64,000 bases of DNA, from contig CBDCXV010000011.1 in assembly GCA_965223905.1 (NCBI GenBank), positions 2,112,001-2,176,000 of the forward strand, written 5' to 3'. The position numbers were made by a program, and so were the translations under genes. The notes below the pieces were generated by a model. It ran no database searches. It was not told the DNA's origin and saw nothing but the letters and a program-made list of their open reading frames with translations. The stretch comes from Candidatus Latescibacterota bacterium. GTDB taxonomy: Bacteria > Latescibacterota > UBA2968 > UBA8231. This document shows, piece by piece, positions 50,469 through 59,742 of the stretch. Numbering within the stretch: the first letter of the stretch is position 1; every line of letters starts with the position of its first letter.

Positions 50469-53400
50469 ACCTGCGCACCCCTTCCACCGACTCGGCGAGC
50501 TTCTGCGACGCCAGCTCGAAATCGATCTCGTTCGGCGACCAGTCGACCGCCCTGATCGAGTCCGCCTCGACGGTGAACGTGCCCCAGTCTTCGGTGACCC
50601 GGCCCCGGACCTCGAACGGACCCGGCCCGGCGACGATGTCGGTGCAGCGCTCGAACACGTCGGGCCACAGCACGATGTCGGCGCTCTCCGACTTGTCCTC
50701 GATGGTCAGGAACATCATCGCCTCGCCGCGGCGCTGAACCCGGTGGACGCGGTCGGTGACGCGGCGCCCGAACAGCTTGATCCGCCGGCCGGCGTGGCGC
50801 CCGAGATCGGCCGCCGGCACCGCCCCGGCGGCCGCCGGGTGCATGTCGAGGATCTCCAGGATCTCCCCCGAGATCATGTAGCCGAGCAGCTCGAGCTCGT
50901 TGAGGCACTTCTCGGCGAGGCTGTAGTCGCGCAGCCCCTCCGGCACCGGGGGGCGCAGGGCGAGGCCTTCGAAGAGCGGCGCCGCGGCGGACGCAGAGGC
51001 CCCCCGCGCCGCGGCGGCGACGTCGTCGAGCTGCCACAGCAGCTCGGGCTGGGTGAGGCCGAAGCCGTCGAGCGCCCCGACGAGGATCAGGCGCTCGATC
51101 TCCTTCTTGTGCAGGCCGGGGACGCGGTGGGCGAGATCCGGCAGATCGCGGAAGCGGCCGCCGGCCTGCCGCTCCGCGACCGCGGCTTCGAGCGCCTTCT
51201 CGCGCACCCCGCGCAGGTGCATCATCCCGGGCCGCATCAGGGCGCCGCGGCCCCGGTACCTGACGCCGGACTCGTTGACGTCCATCGGCAGGACGCGGAT
51301 GCCCCAGCGCCGCGCTTCGTTGAGGTAGACGTCGCGGCGGTAGAAGCCGTGGCCGTTGCTGATCACCGCGGCGAGGAACTGCGCCGGGAAGTGGGCCTTG
51401 AGGTAGGAGCACTGGAACGACAGCTGCGCGTACGTGGCGCTGTGCGACTTGCAGAAGCTGAACCCCGTGAACGAGCTGACGCGCTTCCAGAGCTCGCGCG
51501 CCTGCTCCCCGGAGAGCCCGGCGTGGTCTCTGCAGCCCTGCAGAAAGGCGCGCTCCGTGGCCCTCCAGGTGTCGTCGTCGGGCGCCCCCTCGTGCTGGCT
51601 GTTCATCATCTTGCGGATCATGTCCGCCTGCCTGAAGGAGAGGCCGGCGACCTGGTGGCAGATCTTGGTCACGTCCTCCTGGAAGGCGCAGACGTCGTGC
51701 GTCTCCCGCAGGATCGGCTCCAGCGCCGGGTGCACGAACTCCCAGTCCCTGATCCCCATCTTGCGCTTGCGCTCGCGCTCGACGTAGAGCTGCGTGTACG
51801 CCGAGCCGGCCGGGCGCACGAGACTGGAGGTGATCGCGATCTCCTCGAAGGTCTCGGCCTGCGCCTTCTGGTTGAGGCGCCGCTGCGCCGGGCTCTCGAT
51901 GTAGAAGACCCCCTTGGTGCGGCCCTTGCGGATGATCTCCCTGACCCGCGGGTCGGCGTAGCACTTCTCGAGGTCCCAGACCCCGGGGTCGTCGATCCCC
52001 TGCTCGTCGAGCTGGGCCAGCGCGTCGCGCAGCACCGACAGCGAGCCGTTGCCGAGGATGTCGAACTTGATCAGCCCGAGCTCGTCGATGCCGTTGTGCA
52101 TGTCGATCTGGGTGACGACGCGGTTCTTCGCGCCCCCGGAGGGCTCGCAGGCGACGTGGCGGCTGATCGGGCCGTTGGCGATCAGCACCCCGCCGGGATG
52201 CTGCCCGAGGTAGCGCGGCTTCCCCTCGAGACGCCGCGCCAGCTTCCACAGCATTGCGATCTCGCCGTCCTCGATGCGCTGCGTCCGCGTCTTGCGGCTC
52301 TCGAGAATGGCGGTGACCTGGTCGTCGGTGTAGCCGAACACCTTGGCCGTCTCGCGGAAGGCGGCGCGGGCGCGGAAGTGGATGGTCGTGCCGGTGACGG
52401 CGACGCGCTCCGCTCCCCAGCGGTCGACGATGAAATCGTACACCAGCTCGCGCTCGTCCCAGCCGAAGTCGAGGTCGGCGTCGGGGGGCGAGGCCCGGTC
52501 CTCGTTGAGGAAGCGCTGGAAGTAGAGGTCGTAGCGGATCGGGTCGAGGTCGCTGACCCCGATGTTGTAGAAGGTGATCGAGTTGGCGGCGCTGCCGCGC
52601 AGGATGGTGCAGTCCGCGGGCCGGCGGTAGCCGCCGCGGAAGCGCTCGTTGGCCCAGTCGCGGATCTCCTTGACGATCAGGAAATAGGAGGCGTAGCCGA
52701 GCTTGGCGATCACCTCGAGCTCCATCGCCTGGAGCTGCCGCGCCTTTTCGCGGATCTCAGCGGACTGGCCGCCGTATTTGGCCTCGAGGCCGGCCGCGGC
52801 CAGCTCGGCCAGGCGGCTTTCCGGGGTGTGTCCGGAAGGGACCGCGGCGCGCGGCATGATCCACCGGTTCAGCTCGAGCTCGACGTCGCAGCCGGCGGCG
52901 AGCTCCCGCGTGTTGGCCAAGGCCTCGGGGCAGTCGGCGAACAGCTCCTCCATGCGCGCCGGCGAGGCGAGCACCGCGGCGCGCGAGGCCGCCTCTCCGG
53001 GGCGGAGCCTCGAGAGGGTCGAGTTGAGGCCGATCGCGGTGAGAATGCGGTGGATCTGCCAGTCGCCGGGGTCGAGAAAGAAGCTGTCGTTCGACGCCGT
53101 CAGCGGCAGGCCCAGGGAGCCGGCGGCGGCGGCGAGCTCGGCGCTGCGCGCCCGTGTGAAGGCCGAGTTGCGGACCAGCTCCCCGAAGAGGCGGCCGCGG
53201 TTCGGCCCCGCCGCCAGAAGTTGCAGCAGTCCGGGGTCGGCAGTTAACAGAAATAAATCCGGCCACTCCCGCGCGAAGGTGCGGGCGAAGGTGAAATCCG
53301 CGGCGAGGTGGCGGTCGCTGACGATCCGGCAGAGGTCGCCGTACCCTTCCGCGTTCCGGGCCAGCAGCAGGACCTTGGGCCACTGCGTCTTGCCCGCGGC

Positions 53401-53688
53401 GCCGCGGGCCCGGTGCGGCGGGACCGGAACGCCGGATGCCCCGCTGCGGCCGCGCGCCGACTCCCGCTCTCCGGAGTCCGGCTCGGTCAGCTCGACCCCG
53501 AGCAGCGGCTTGATCCCCGCCTTGCGGCACTCGAGGTAATGCAGGATCAGGCCGCTCATGCGGTCGGTGTCGGTGAGCGCCACGGCCGGCAGCCCCAGGC
53601 TCCCGGCTCTCTCCGCGATTTCCCCGACGCCGGGAACGCCGGCGTGGAAGGAGAACATCGAGTGGCAATGAAGGGGAGCGTAGGTCAC
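50440..53688 (-). CDS. dnaE2: DNA polymerase III alpha subunit, error-prone DnaE2-like
   Basis: PHP HCHS..ALTDTD, RGSAANS, PPDADLDF, HPGG, KFDILG, FCKSHSA, OB tail; coupled to an ImuB-like gene. Confidence 0.88.
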   Translation of the reverse strand: MTYAPLHCHSMFSFHAGVPGVGEIAERAGSLGLPAVALTDTDRMSGLILHYLECRKAGIKPLLGVELTEPDSGERESARGRSGASGVPVPPHRARGAAGKTQWPKVLLLARNAEGYGDLCRIVSDRHLAADFTFARTFAREWPDLFLLTADPGLLQLLAAGPNRGRLFGELVRNSAFTRARSAELAAAAGSLGLPLTASNDSFFLDPGDWQIHRILTAIGLNSTLSRLRPGEAASRAAVLASPARMEELFADCPEALANTRELAAGCDVELELNRWIMPRAAVPSGHTPESRLAELAAAGLEAKYGGQSAEIREKARQLQAMELEVIAKLGYASYFLIVKEIRDWANERFRGGYRRPADCTILRGSAANSITFYNIGVSDLDPIRYDLYFQRFLNEDRASPPDADLDFGWDERELVYDFIVDRWGAERVAVTGTTIHFRARAAFRETAKVFGYTDDQVTAILESRKTRTQRIEDGEIAMLWKLARRLEGKPRYLGQHPGGVLIANGPISRHVACEPSGGAKNRVVTQIDMHNGIDELGLIKFDILGNGSLSVLRDALAQLDEQGIDDPGVWDLEKCYADPRVREIIRKGRTKGVFYIESPAQRRLNQKAQAETFEEIAITSSLVRPAGSAYTQLYVERERKRKMGIRDWEFVHPALEPILRETHDVCAFQEDVTKICHQVAGLSFRQADMIRKMMNSQHEGAPDDDTWRATERAFLQGCRDHAGLSGEQARELWKRVSSFTGFSFCKSHSATYAQLSFQCSYLKAHFPAQFLAAVISNGHGFYRRDVYLNEARRWGIRVLPMDVNESGVRYRGRGALMRPGMMHLRGVREKALEAAVAERQAGGRFRDLPDLAHRVPGLHKKEIERLILVGALDGFGLTQPELLWQLDDVAAAARGASASAAAPLFEGLALRPPVPEGLRDYSLAEKCLNELELLGYMISGEILEILDMHPAAAGAVPAADLGRHAGRRIKLFGRRVTDRVHRVQRRGEAMMFLTIEDKSESADIVLWPDVFERCTDIVAGPGPFEVRGRVTEDWGTFTVEADSIRAVDWSPNEIDFELASQKLAESVEGVRRYGDVATAAA

Positions 53689-53734
53689 TTGATTCAGGTG
53701 GACGGGAAGAGGGGAGACGGCCGGTGACGGTCGA

Positions 53735-53785
53735 TTGACACATTAAGTGCACATATGTATAGTTGTCTCAGTGAGGCCGTGTCAA
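53735..53785. promoter_or_regulatory. Overlapping divergent promoters with a central near-palindrome (candidate LexA box)
   Basis: + strand TTGACA-17-TATAGT (53735-53763); - strand TTGACA at 53785-53780; TGCAC-ATAT-GTATA at 53748-53761. Confidence 0.55.
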
Positions 53786-53966
53786 CGGAAAAAACGGCCG
53801 CTTGGTAGTTTTGACGGAATCCCCCGCGTTGGATTTCCTTACGATGCTTTGAAGGAGTACAGGGACTTTCTCCACACCCTGGGCAACGGAAAGAGCTTGT
53901 CGCGATGGATACCGTTACCGAGGTATTCGACTGCATTGGGCAGCACGGTAGACCATACGGAAGCTG

Positions 53967-54908
53967 ATGAGCGATAAAGAGACGCAACGCATCCGCGATC
54001 CGGTCCATGGTCTTATCGTGTTCGGTGGCGGGAACGACGCACACCAAAACGAGACGGACCGAATCGCGTGGCGTCTGCTCAATACCCGGGAATTCCAGAG
54101 GCTGCGCCGGATTCGCCAGTTGGGCTTCTCCGACCTGGTATATCCCGGCGCGACACACAGCCGCCTGGCGCACGCCATCGGTGTCTATCACACCGCGCGC
54201 CGGCTCATCGAGGTGATTCGCCGACGGCAGGACAAAAGGCACGAGGACAAGGAACGGGCGCGGGTCGTACTGTTGGCGGCGCTGCTGCACGATATCGGAC
54301 ACGGGTCCTTCAGTCACGTCTTCGAGCACGCGGCCTATTCCGTGGGCTTGAAAAAACGACATGAGGATTGGAGTGCGGATATCATCCAAGGCGACACTGA
54401 GGTCAACCAGGTGTTGCGGAAAGTGAACGAGACGTCTGAATCGCCGACGTTGGGTTCGTATCTCGATCTCGACGATGCCGCGGTTTGGGCAACCTTGGCG
54501 GCCCTTGCCGAGTTATCATCATCACATCCACTGGTTTCGGACTTGGCGCGCCGTCTGCGAGGGCGCCGTCTTTATAAGTGCTTTGATATTGGTATCCGGG
54601 ACAATCCAGGTGACAATCTTTACAACCGTTTCCGCCACAAATTGAGTGAAGAATACACTGGGAAGTACGACACTCTTCTATTCGACAATGAGGAAGTCGC
54701 GCTCTACAAATGGTCCGACTTGATGTCTTCGCCGATAAATAAAGTTCTGGTAAAGACACGCGCCGAGGACCAAGAACCAAGGGACATTGCCGATGTGTCG
54801 AGCATCGTTTCTGCGCTTCGTCGCGCGGAGCGAATTCAGAGGATTTACGCTCCGGATCAAACCCAGATAGAAGAAATCAGGAAAATATGGAGGAGATCAA
54901 TTAAATGA
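53967..54908 (+). pseudogene. HD-domain dNTPase-like protein (YwfO/SAMHD1-like) with apparent internal in-frame deletion
   Basis: IRDPVHG, FQRLRRIRQLG, YPGATHSRLAH, LLHDIGHG present; the downstream DADRxDY and VYFHK motifs are missing (junction ~54430). Confidence 0.75.
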
Positions 54909-55039
54909 AGGCTGAAGACGTCGTAGTCAATTTGATCAAACTGAACGATCGCGAACTGATCGGCCGGACCCGGCTGCAGAAGGAGGCGTATCTTCTGGAC
55001 CGCTGCGGAGCAGAGTTCGGGTTGTCGTTTACTTATTAC

Positions 55040-55115
55040 CAGGAGCGGTCAATAGTTGACAATTTTCCGCCTGATACAGAGGGGTGTGATGTCAACTTTA
55101 GGGTGCTCCCCGTGA
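55040..55115. mobile_element. MITE-like or internally deleted IS remnant (76 bp)
   Basis: Flanked by direct repeat TATTAC (55034-55039, 55116-55121); imperfect IRs GGAGC-N4-WAWAGTTGACA near both ends. Confidence 0.72.
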
Positions 55116-55328
55116 TATTACTATTACGGTCCTTACTCCTTCGAGCTTGCCGATGGATGGGAGGACGCGCGGGCAGAAGGTCGGATTGAAATCTCGGAAG
55201 AGCCGGGCCGGTACGGTGTCCCGTATTCGATCTTCAAACTGAAGAGATCCGGCGGCGCCCCGGACAGCTTGGGTAACATGTCGGCTGACGCTGCTCGCGC
55301 ACGGTTGAGGAAGATGGCGAGTGTTTCG

Positions 55329-56792
55329 GGGTCTATCCGGGTTTTTCAACGCCGAAACGTAAGTACGGAAAGTACCTGAGCCCTTGCTGTCCATCTGAGT
55401 ACATGACAAGGCCATAGGTCGTTCCCTATGCTTGGTGTATCCCCATCAAGCACTCCCCAAGAAAGGGAAGGGAAGGCGACCTATGACCGCTATGAAGTTC
55501 GTCTCCAAGCTGTTCCAATTCAAGGGATTTCGCGCGGTGGGCGTGTGGTTCGAAGGACACGGGGAAGAAGCGGCCGTCGTGGTCGCGGTGAAGCCCCAAA
55601 GGAACGGGTGCCGGTGTCCCGAGTGTGGGCGCCGCGGCAAGATCGTACAGGTCATGGAGTTCCGCCGCTGGCGCGACGTCCGCGTTTGCGGCCGTACCCT
55701 CTGGTTGCACCACGCCCCTCGGGAGATCCGCTGCCCGACCCACGGCCGTCGCGTCGAGGAGGTGCCCTGGGCGGCGCCCTCGGCCCAGGTCAGCTACCGC
55801 TTCGAATACCTGCTGCTGAGGTACTGCCAGTGGATGACGCAGGCCGCCGCCGCGCGCCTGCTGGGTCTGGCCCCGTCGACCCTGTCCGACCAGCTGCACC
55901 GGCTCATCGAGCGCCGGCGTACGGGGCACCGCATCCGCCGGCTGAAGACCCTCGGCATCGACGAGATCTCCTACGCCAAGGGCCATAAATACGCTACCCT
56001 GGTCTACGACCTGGAACGCTCCCGTGTCGTCTGGGTCGGCAAGGGCAAGGCACGGAAGACCATCGACGCGTTTTTCCGGGACCATCTCAGCGCCTTCCAG
56101 AAGGACCGCATCCGCTGGGCCTGCTGCGACCTGAGCGAGACCTTCATCGGCGCCATCCGGCAGCATGGTCCCAACGCCGAGTTGGTCCTGGACCGATTCC
56201 ACGTCGTCAAGGCCCTCAACGAAGCCGTCGACGAGGTGCGCAAGGAGCAGTGGCGGCAAGCCTGTGGCGAGGACCGCAAGCTGCTCAAGGGCCTGCGCTG
56301 GGTGCTGCTGCATCACTCCGCCCAGCGCTCGCGAAAGGATCGGCGCACGCTCCAAACCCTGGAGAAGGCCAACCGCCGCATCTACCGCGCCTGGCGCCTG
56401 AAGGACGAGTTCGAGCACTTCTGGCGCTACAAGGCGCGCTGGGCCGCCGAACGCTTCCTCAAGAAGTGGACGACGGCGGCCCTGCGCAGCCGCCTGCAGC
56501 CCCTGCGCAAGTTCGTCAACACGGTGCGCAAGCAGGCGGCCGGCATCACCGCCTTCGTCGACACGCACCTGACCAACGCCGCCGCCGAAGGGCTCAATCG
56601 CATTATCCGCATGGTCAAGAATCGAGCCAGTGGATTTAAAACTCTGGATGCCTTTGCCGACCTGATTTACCTGTGCGTCGGAGACCTCGATATCCCTGCG
56701 CAGATTCCGGCCCGATTCCGTACAGTATGAAACCCTAAAAATCTCATTGGGGAAACGCTATAAATACCACGTTGAAAAACCCGTATATAGCC
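55329..56792 (+). mobile_element. ISL3-family insertion sequence, copy 2
   Basis: Same IRs and length as copy 1; 8-bp TSD GTGTTTCG at 55321-55328 and 56793-56800. Confidence 0.96.
55483..56730 (+). CDS. ISL3-family transposase
   Basis: Protein identical to copy 1 in the ORF track. Confidence 0.96.
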   Translation: MTAMKFVSKLFQFKGFRAVGVWFEGHGEEAAVVVAVKPQRNGCRCPECGRRGKIVQVMEFRRWRDVRVCGRTLWLHHAPREIRCPTHGRRVEEVPWAAPSAQVSYRFEYLLLRYCQWMTQAAAARLLGLAPSTLSDQLHRLIERRRTGHRIRRLKTLGIDEISYAKGHKYATLVYDLERSRVVWVGKGKARKTIDAFFRDHLSAFQKDRIRWACCDLSETFIGAIRQHGPNAELVLDRFHVVKALNEAVDEVRKEQWRQACGEDRKLLKGLRWVLLHHSAQRSRKDRRTLQTLEKANRRIYRAWRLKDEFEHFWRYKARWAAERFLKKWTTAALRSRLQPLRKFVNTVRKQAAGITAFVDTHLTNAAAEGLNRIIRMVKNRASGFKTLDAFADLIYLCVGDLDIPAQIPARFRTV

Positions 56793-57074
56793 GTGTTTCG
56801 GACATTGTTCTCGAGCTCGCCGCCACCATCGTCTATCTGAAAGAAGAAGGTTACGACGAGCGGACCATCGAAGAATTGAAAATTCGCAAACCTCTCAAGG
56901 CGACGGACCAGCTGATCAAAAAAGCCACCGATCTGTTGGGCGACCTCGAATTGCCGCCTGTCGGTGCCGAGGATTCTGCAGGCCCGCGCACTCCCTGAGA
57001 AGGACTTTCATCAAGTTTGCAAGCAGGTTACAAGGACGAGACCTGCATCGAGCTGAAAAAGGCCAGAATGTATC

Positions 57075-57308
57075 ATGATAAGGCAAATCAAACCACTGAA
57101 AAACGGCATCATTACAAGTGTTTCACTTGATGAAGCAGGCTTTGCGACAGTGCACTTGACCCATTCCTCTTGTGACAATAGTTCCTCGTATGCTTTCGCG
57201 CCATTGCAAACAGGAAGTGAGGATTTCGAGTGCAGCCACTGCGGGAAGGTGTTGCTGAGATTATCAGTCGAGGAAAGCGAAGAGGTGCCCGATGCGTCGG
57301 AACTGTGA
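57075..57308 (+). CDS. Small hypothetical protein, possible zinc ribbon
   Basis: HSSC...FECSHCG; co-oriented within the island. Confidence 0.35.
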   Translation: MIRQIKPLKNGIITSVSLDEAGFATVHLTHSSCDNSSSYAFAPLQTGSEDFECSHCGKVLLRLSVEESEEVPDASEL

Positions 57309-58007
57309 CGCGAGAAACATCACTATCTGATCGCGCAAATGCAGGTGGTGAGTGCTTTGGTAAAACTATAATGATCCAATTACTCAATGGAGCTTGGCGG
57401 AAAGATCTCTCGGGTATTGCCTCGACTGCTGACCAGTCCGTTCTTATCGCCGCTCCGTACATCAAGTATGAAGAAGCAGTATGGTTCTGCGAGTTGTTGC
57501 GCCCAGGTGTCGAGGTTTATATCGCTCGTGAACATAGACGCGGAGGCCGTCAGTGCATCAGCATTGGATGTGACTGCCCTACGTTGTCTCGCAGAGGCAT
57601 CTCCCTTTGCAAAACTCATCGCACTGTCCAACCTTCACGCAAAAGTGTTTGTCGTCGACGAAAAAGCGGCTATCGTAACATCCGGCAACCTGACACGTTC
57701 AGCACTCGACAGCAACCTCGAATACGGCGTGTTGTCCAAGAAACCGACTTGGTTCAGACAATACGCAAGGACATGCTTTCCTTCGCCCGTCTCGGTAGCC
57801 AGGTAGATACAAATACTATTGTTGAACTTGCTTCCCTGGAAACCGAGCTTCGCTTTGCGCGAGCCAACATCACAAGCAGTACTACACCAGATGCAAAGCG
57901 TAGATTCGCCAAGGTAATGAGACAAGCGCGCCCAGTACTTGCTTCCCTGCAGGTAGGCAAACGAAGTGCGCACGCCGTGTTCGGTGAGGCGATTCAGTCA
58001 TACTAGC

Positions 58008-59471
58008 GGCTATATACGGGTTTTTCAACGTGGTATTTATAGCGTTTCCCCAATGAGATTTTTAGGGTTTCATACTGTACGGAATCGGGCCGGAATCTGC
58101 GCAGGGATATCGAGGTCTCCGACGCACAGGTAAATCAGGTCGGCAAAGGCATCCAGAGTTTTAAATCCACTGGCTCGATTCTTGACCATGCGGATAATGC
58201 GATTGAGCCCTTCGGCGGCGGCGTTGGTCAGGTGCGTGTCGACGAAGGCGGTGATGCCGGCCGCCTGCTTGCGCACCGTGTTGACGAACTTGCGCAGGGG
58301 CTGCAGGCGGCTGCGCAGGGCCGCCGTCGTCCACTTCTTGAGGAAGCGTTCGGCGGCCCAGCGCGCCTTGTAGCGCCAGAAGTGCTCGAACTCGTCCTTC
58401 AGGCGCCAGGCGCGGTAGATGCGGCGGTTGGCCTTCTCCAGGGTTTGGAGCGTGCGCCGATCCTTTCGCGAGCGCTGGGCGGAGTGATGCAGCAGCACCC
58501 AGCGCAGGCCCTTGAGCAGCTTGCGGTCCTCGCCACAGGCTTGCCGCCACTGCTCCTTGCGCACCTCGTCGACGGCTTCGTTGAGGGCCTTGACGACGTG
58601 GAATCGGTCCAGGACCAACTCGGCGTTGGGACCATGCTGCCGGATGGCGCCGATGAAGGTCTCGCTCAGGTCGCAGCAGGCCCAGCGGATGCGGTCCTTC
58701 TGGAAGGCGCTGAGATGGTCCCGGAAAAACGCGTCGATGGTCTTCCGTGCCTTGCCCTTGCCGACCCAGACGACACGGGAGCGTTCCAGGTCGTAGACCA
58801 GGGTAGCGTATTTATGGCCCTTGGCGTAGGAGATCTCGTCGATGCCGAGGGTCTTCAGCCGGCGGATGCGGTGCCCCGTACGCCGGCGCTCGATGAGCCG
58901 GTGCAGCTGGTCGGACAGGGTCGACGGGGCCAGACCCAGCAGGCGCGCGGCGGCGGCCTGCGTCATCCACTGGCAGTACCTCAGCAGCAGGTATTCGAAG
59001 CGGTAGCTGACCTGGGCCGAGGGCGCCGCCCAGGGCACCTCCTCGACGCGACGGCCGTGGGTCGGGCAGCGGATCTCCCGAGGGGCGTGGTGCAACCAGA
59101 GGGTACGGCCGCAAACGCGGACGTCGCGCCAGCGGCGGAACTCCATGACCTGTACGATCTTGCCGCGGCGCCCACACTCGGGACACCGGCACCCGTTCCT
59201 TTGGGGCTTCACCGCGACCACGACGGCCGCTTCTTCCCCGTGTCCTTCGAACCACACGCCCACCGCGCGAAATCCCTTGAATTGGAACAGCTTGGAGACG
59301 AACTTCATAGCGGTCATAGGTCGCCTTCCCTTCCCTTTCTTGGGGAGTGCTTGATGGGGATACACCAAGCATAGGGAACGACCTATGGCCTTGTCATGTA
59401 CTCAGATGGACAGCAAGGGCTCAGGTACTTTCCGTACTTACGTTTCGGCGTTGAAAAACCCGGATAGACCC
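58008..59471 (-). mobile_element. ISL3-family insertion sequence, copy 3 (inverted)
   Basis: Same IRs and length; 8-bp TSD ATACTAGC at 58000-58007 and 59472-59479. Confidence 0.96.
58070..59317 (-). CDS. ISL3-family transposase
   Basis: Protein identical to copies 1 and 2 in the ORF track. Confidence 0.96.
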   Translation of the reverse strand: MTAMKFVSKLFQFKGFRAVGVWFEGHGEEAAVVVAVKPQRNGCRCPECGRRGKIVQVMEFRRWRDVRVCGRTLWLHHAPREIRCPTHGRRVEEVPWAAPSAQVSYRFEYLLLRYCQWMTQAAAARLLGLAPSTLSDQLHRLIERRRTGHRIRRLKTLGIDEISYAKGHKYATLVYDLERSRVVWVGKGKARKTIDAFFRDHLSAFQKDRIRWACCDLSETFIGAIRQHGPNAELVLDRFHVVKALNEAVDEVRKEQWRQACGEDRKLLKGLRWVLLHHSAQRSRKDRRTLQTLEKANRRIYRAWRLKDEFEHFWRYKARWAAERFLKKWTTAALRSRLQPLRKFVNTVRKQAAGITAFVDTHLTNAAAEGLNRIIRMVKNRASGFKTLDAFADLIYLCVGDLDIPAQIPARFRTV

Positions 59472-59742
59472 ATACTAGCCCGCGGCCCACAGACTACAAA
59501 AGCAATCCAGAGAGAAGTGAGCCAACTCATGCCAACCCTCTGCGACGATCGAGAATACCTCATCATCAAAGGCGAACGTTATGGTAAGGCTTGGAAACGG
59601 CGATTCCGCCATGCACAACTACACCTCAAGCGAAGGGGTGTTGTCACCTACAACGCCAGCTCAAGGACTTGGAGCCTTACCCGTTCATGAATTCATGCAG
59701 TACCGCCCGTAAGGAAGGATTGCCGGCATTTCTCACAACCGG

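Larger units (their letters stand above)
54905..56998 (+). pseudogene. YwgA/SocA-like protein disrupted by a 76-bp insertion and ISL3 copy 2
   Basis: Removing both inserts restores a 179-aa frame: GRTRLQKEAYLL..FTYYYYGPYSFEL..SDIVLELAATIVYL. Confidence 0.82.
57371..59690 (+). pseudogene. PLD-family nuclease + C-terminal winged-helix (Mrr-N-like) protein, frameshifted and interrupted by ISL3 copy 3
   Basis: IAAPYIK, LHAKVFVVD...TSGNLT...NLEYG (PLD nuclease); C-terminus WKRRFRHAQLHLKRRG..WSL; indels near 57517, 57734 and 57998. Confidence 0.78.

Noticed and set aside
55329-59471. Composite transposon or inversion between inverted ISL3 copies 2 and 3
   Set aside because: Each copy retains its own matching TSD and both host genes reconstruct collinearly, so these are independent insertions
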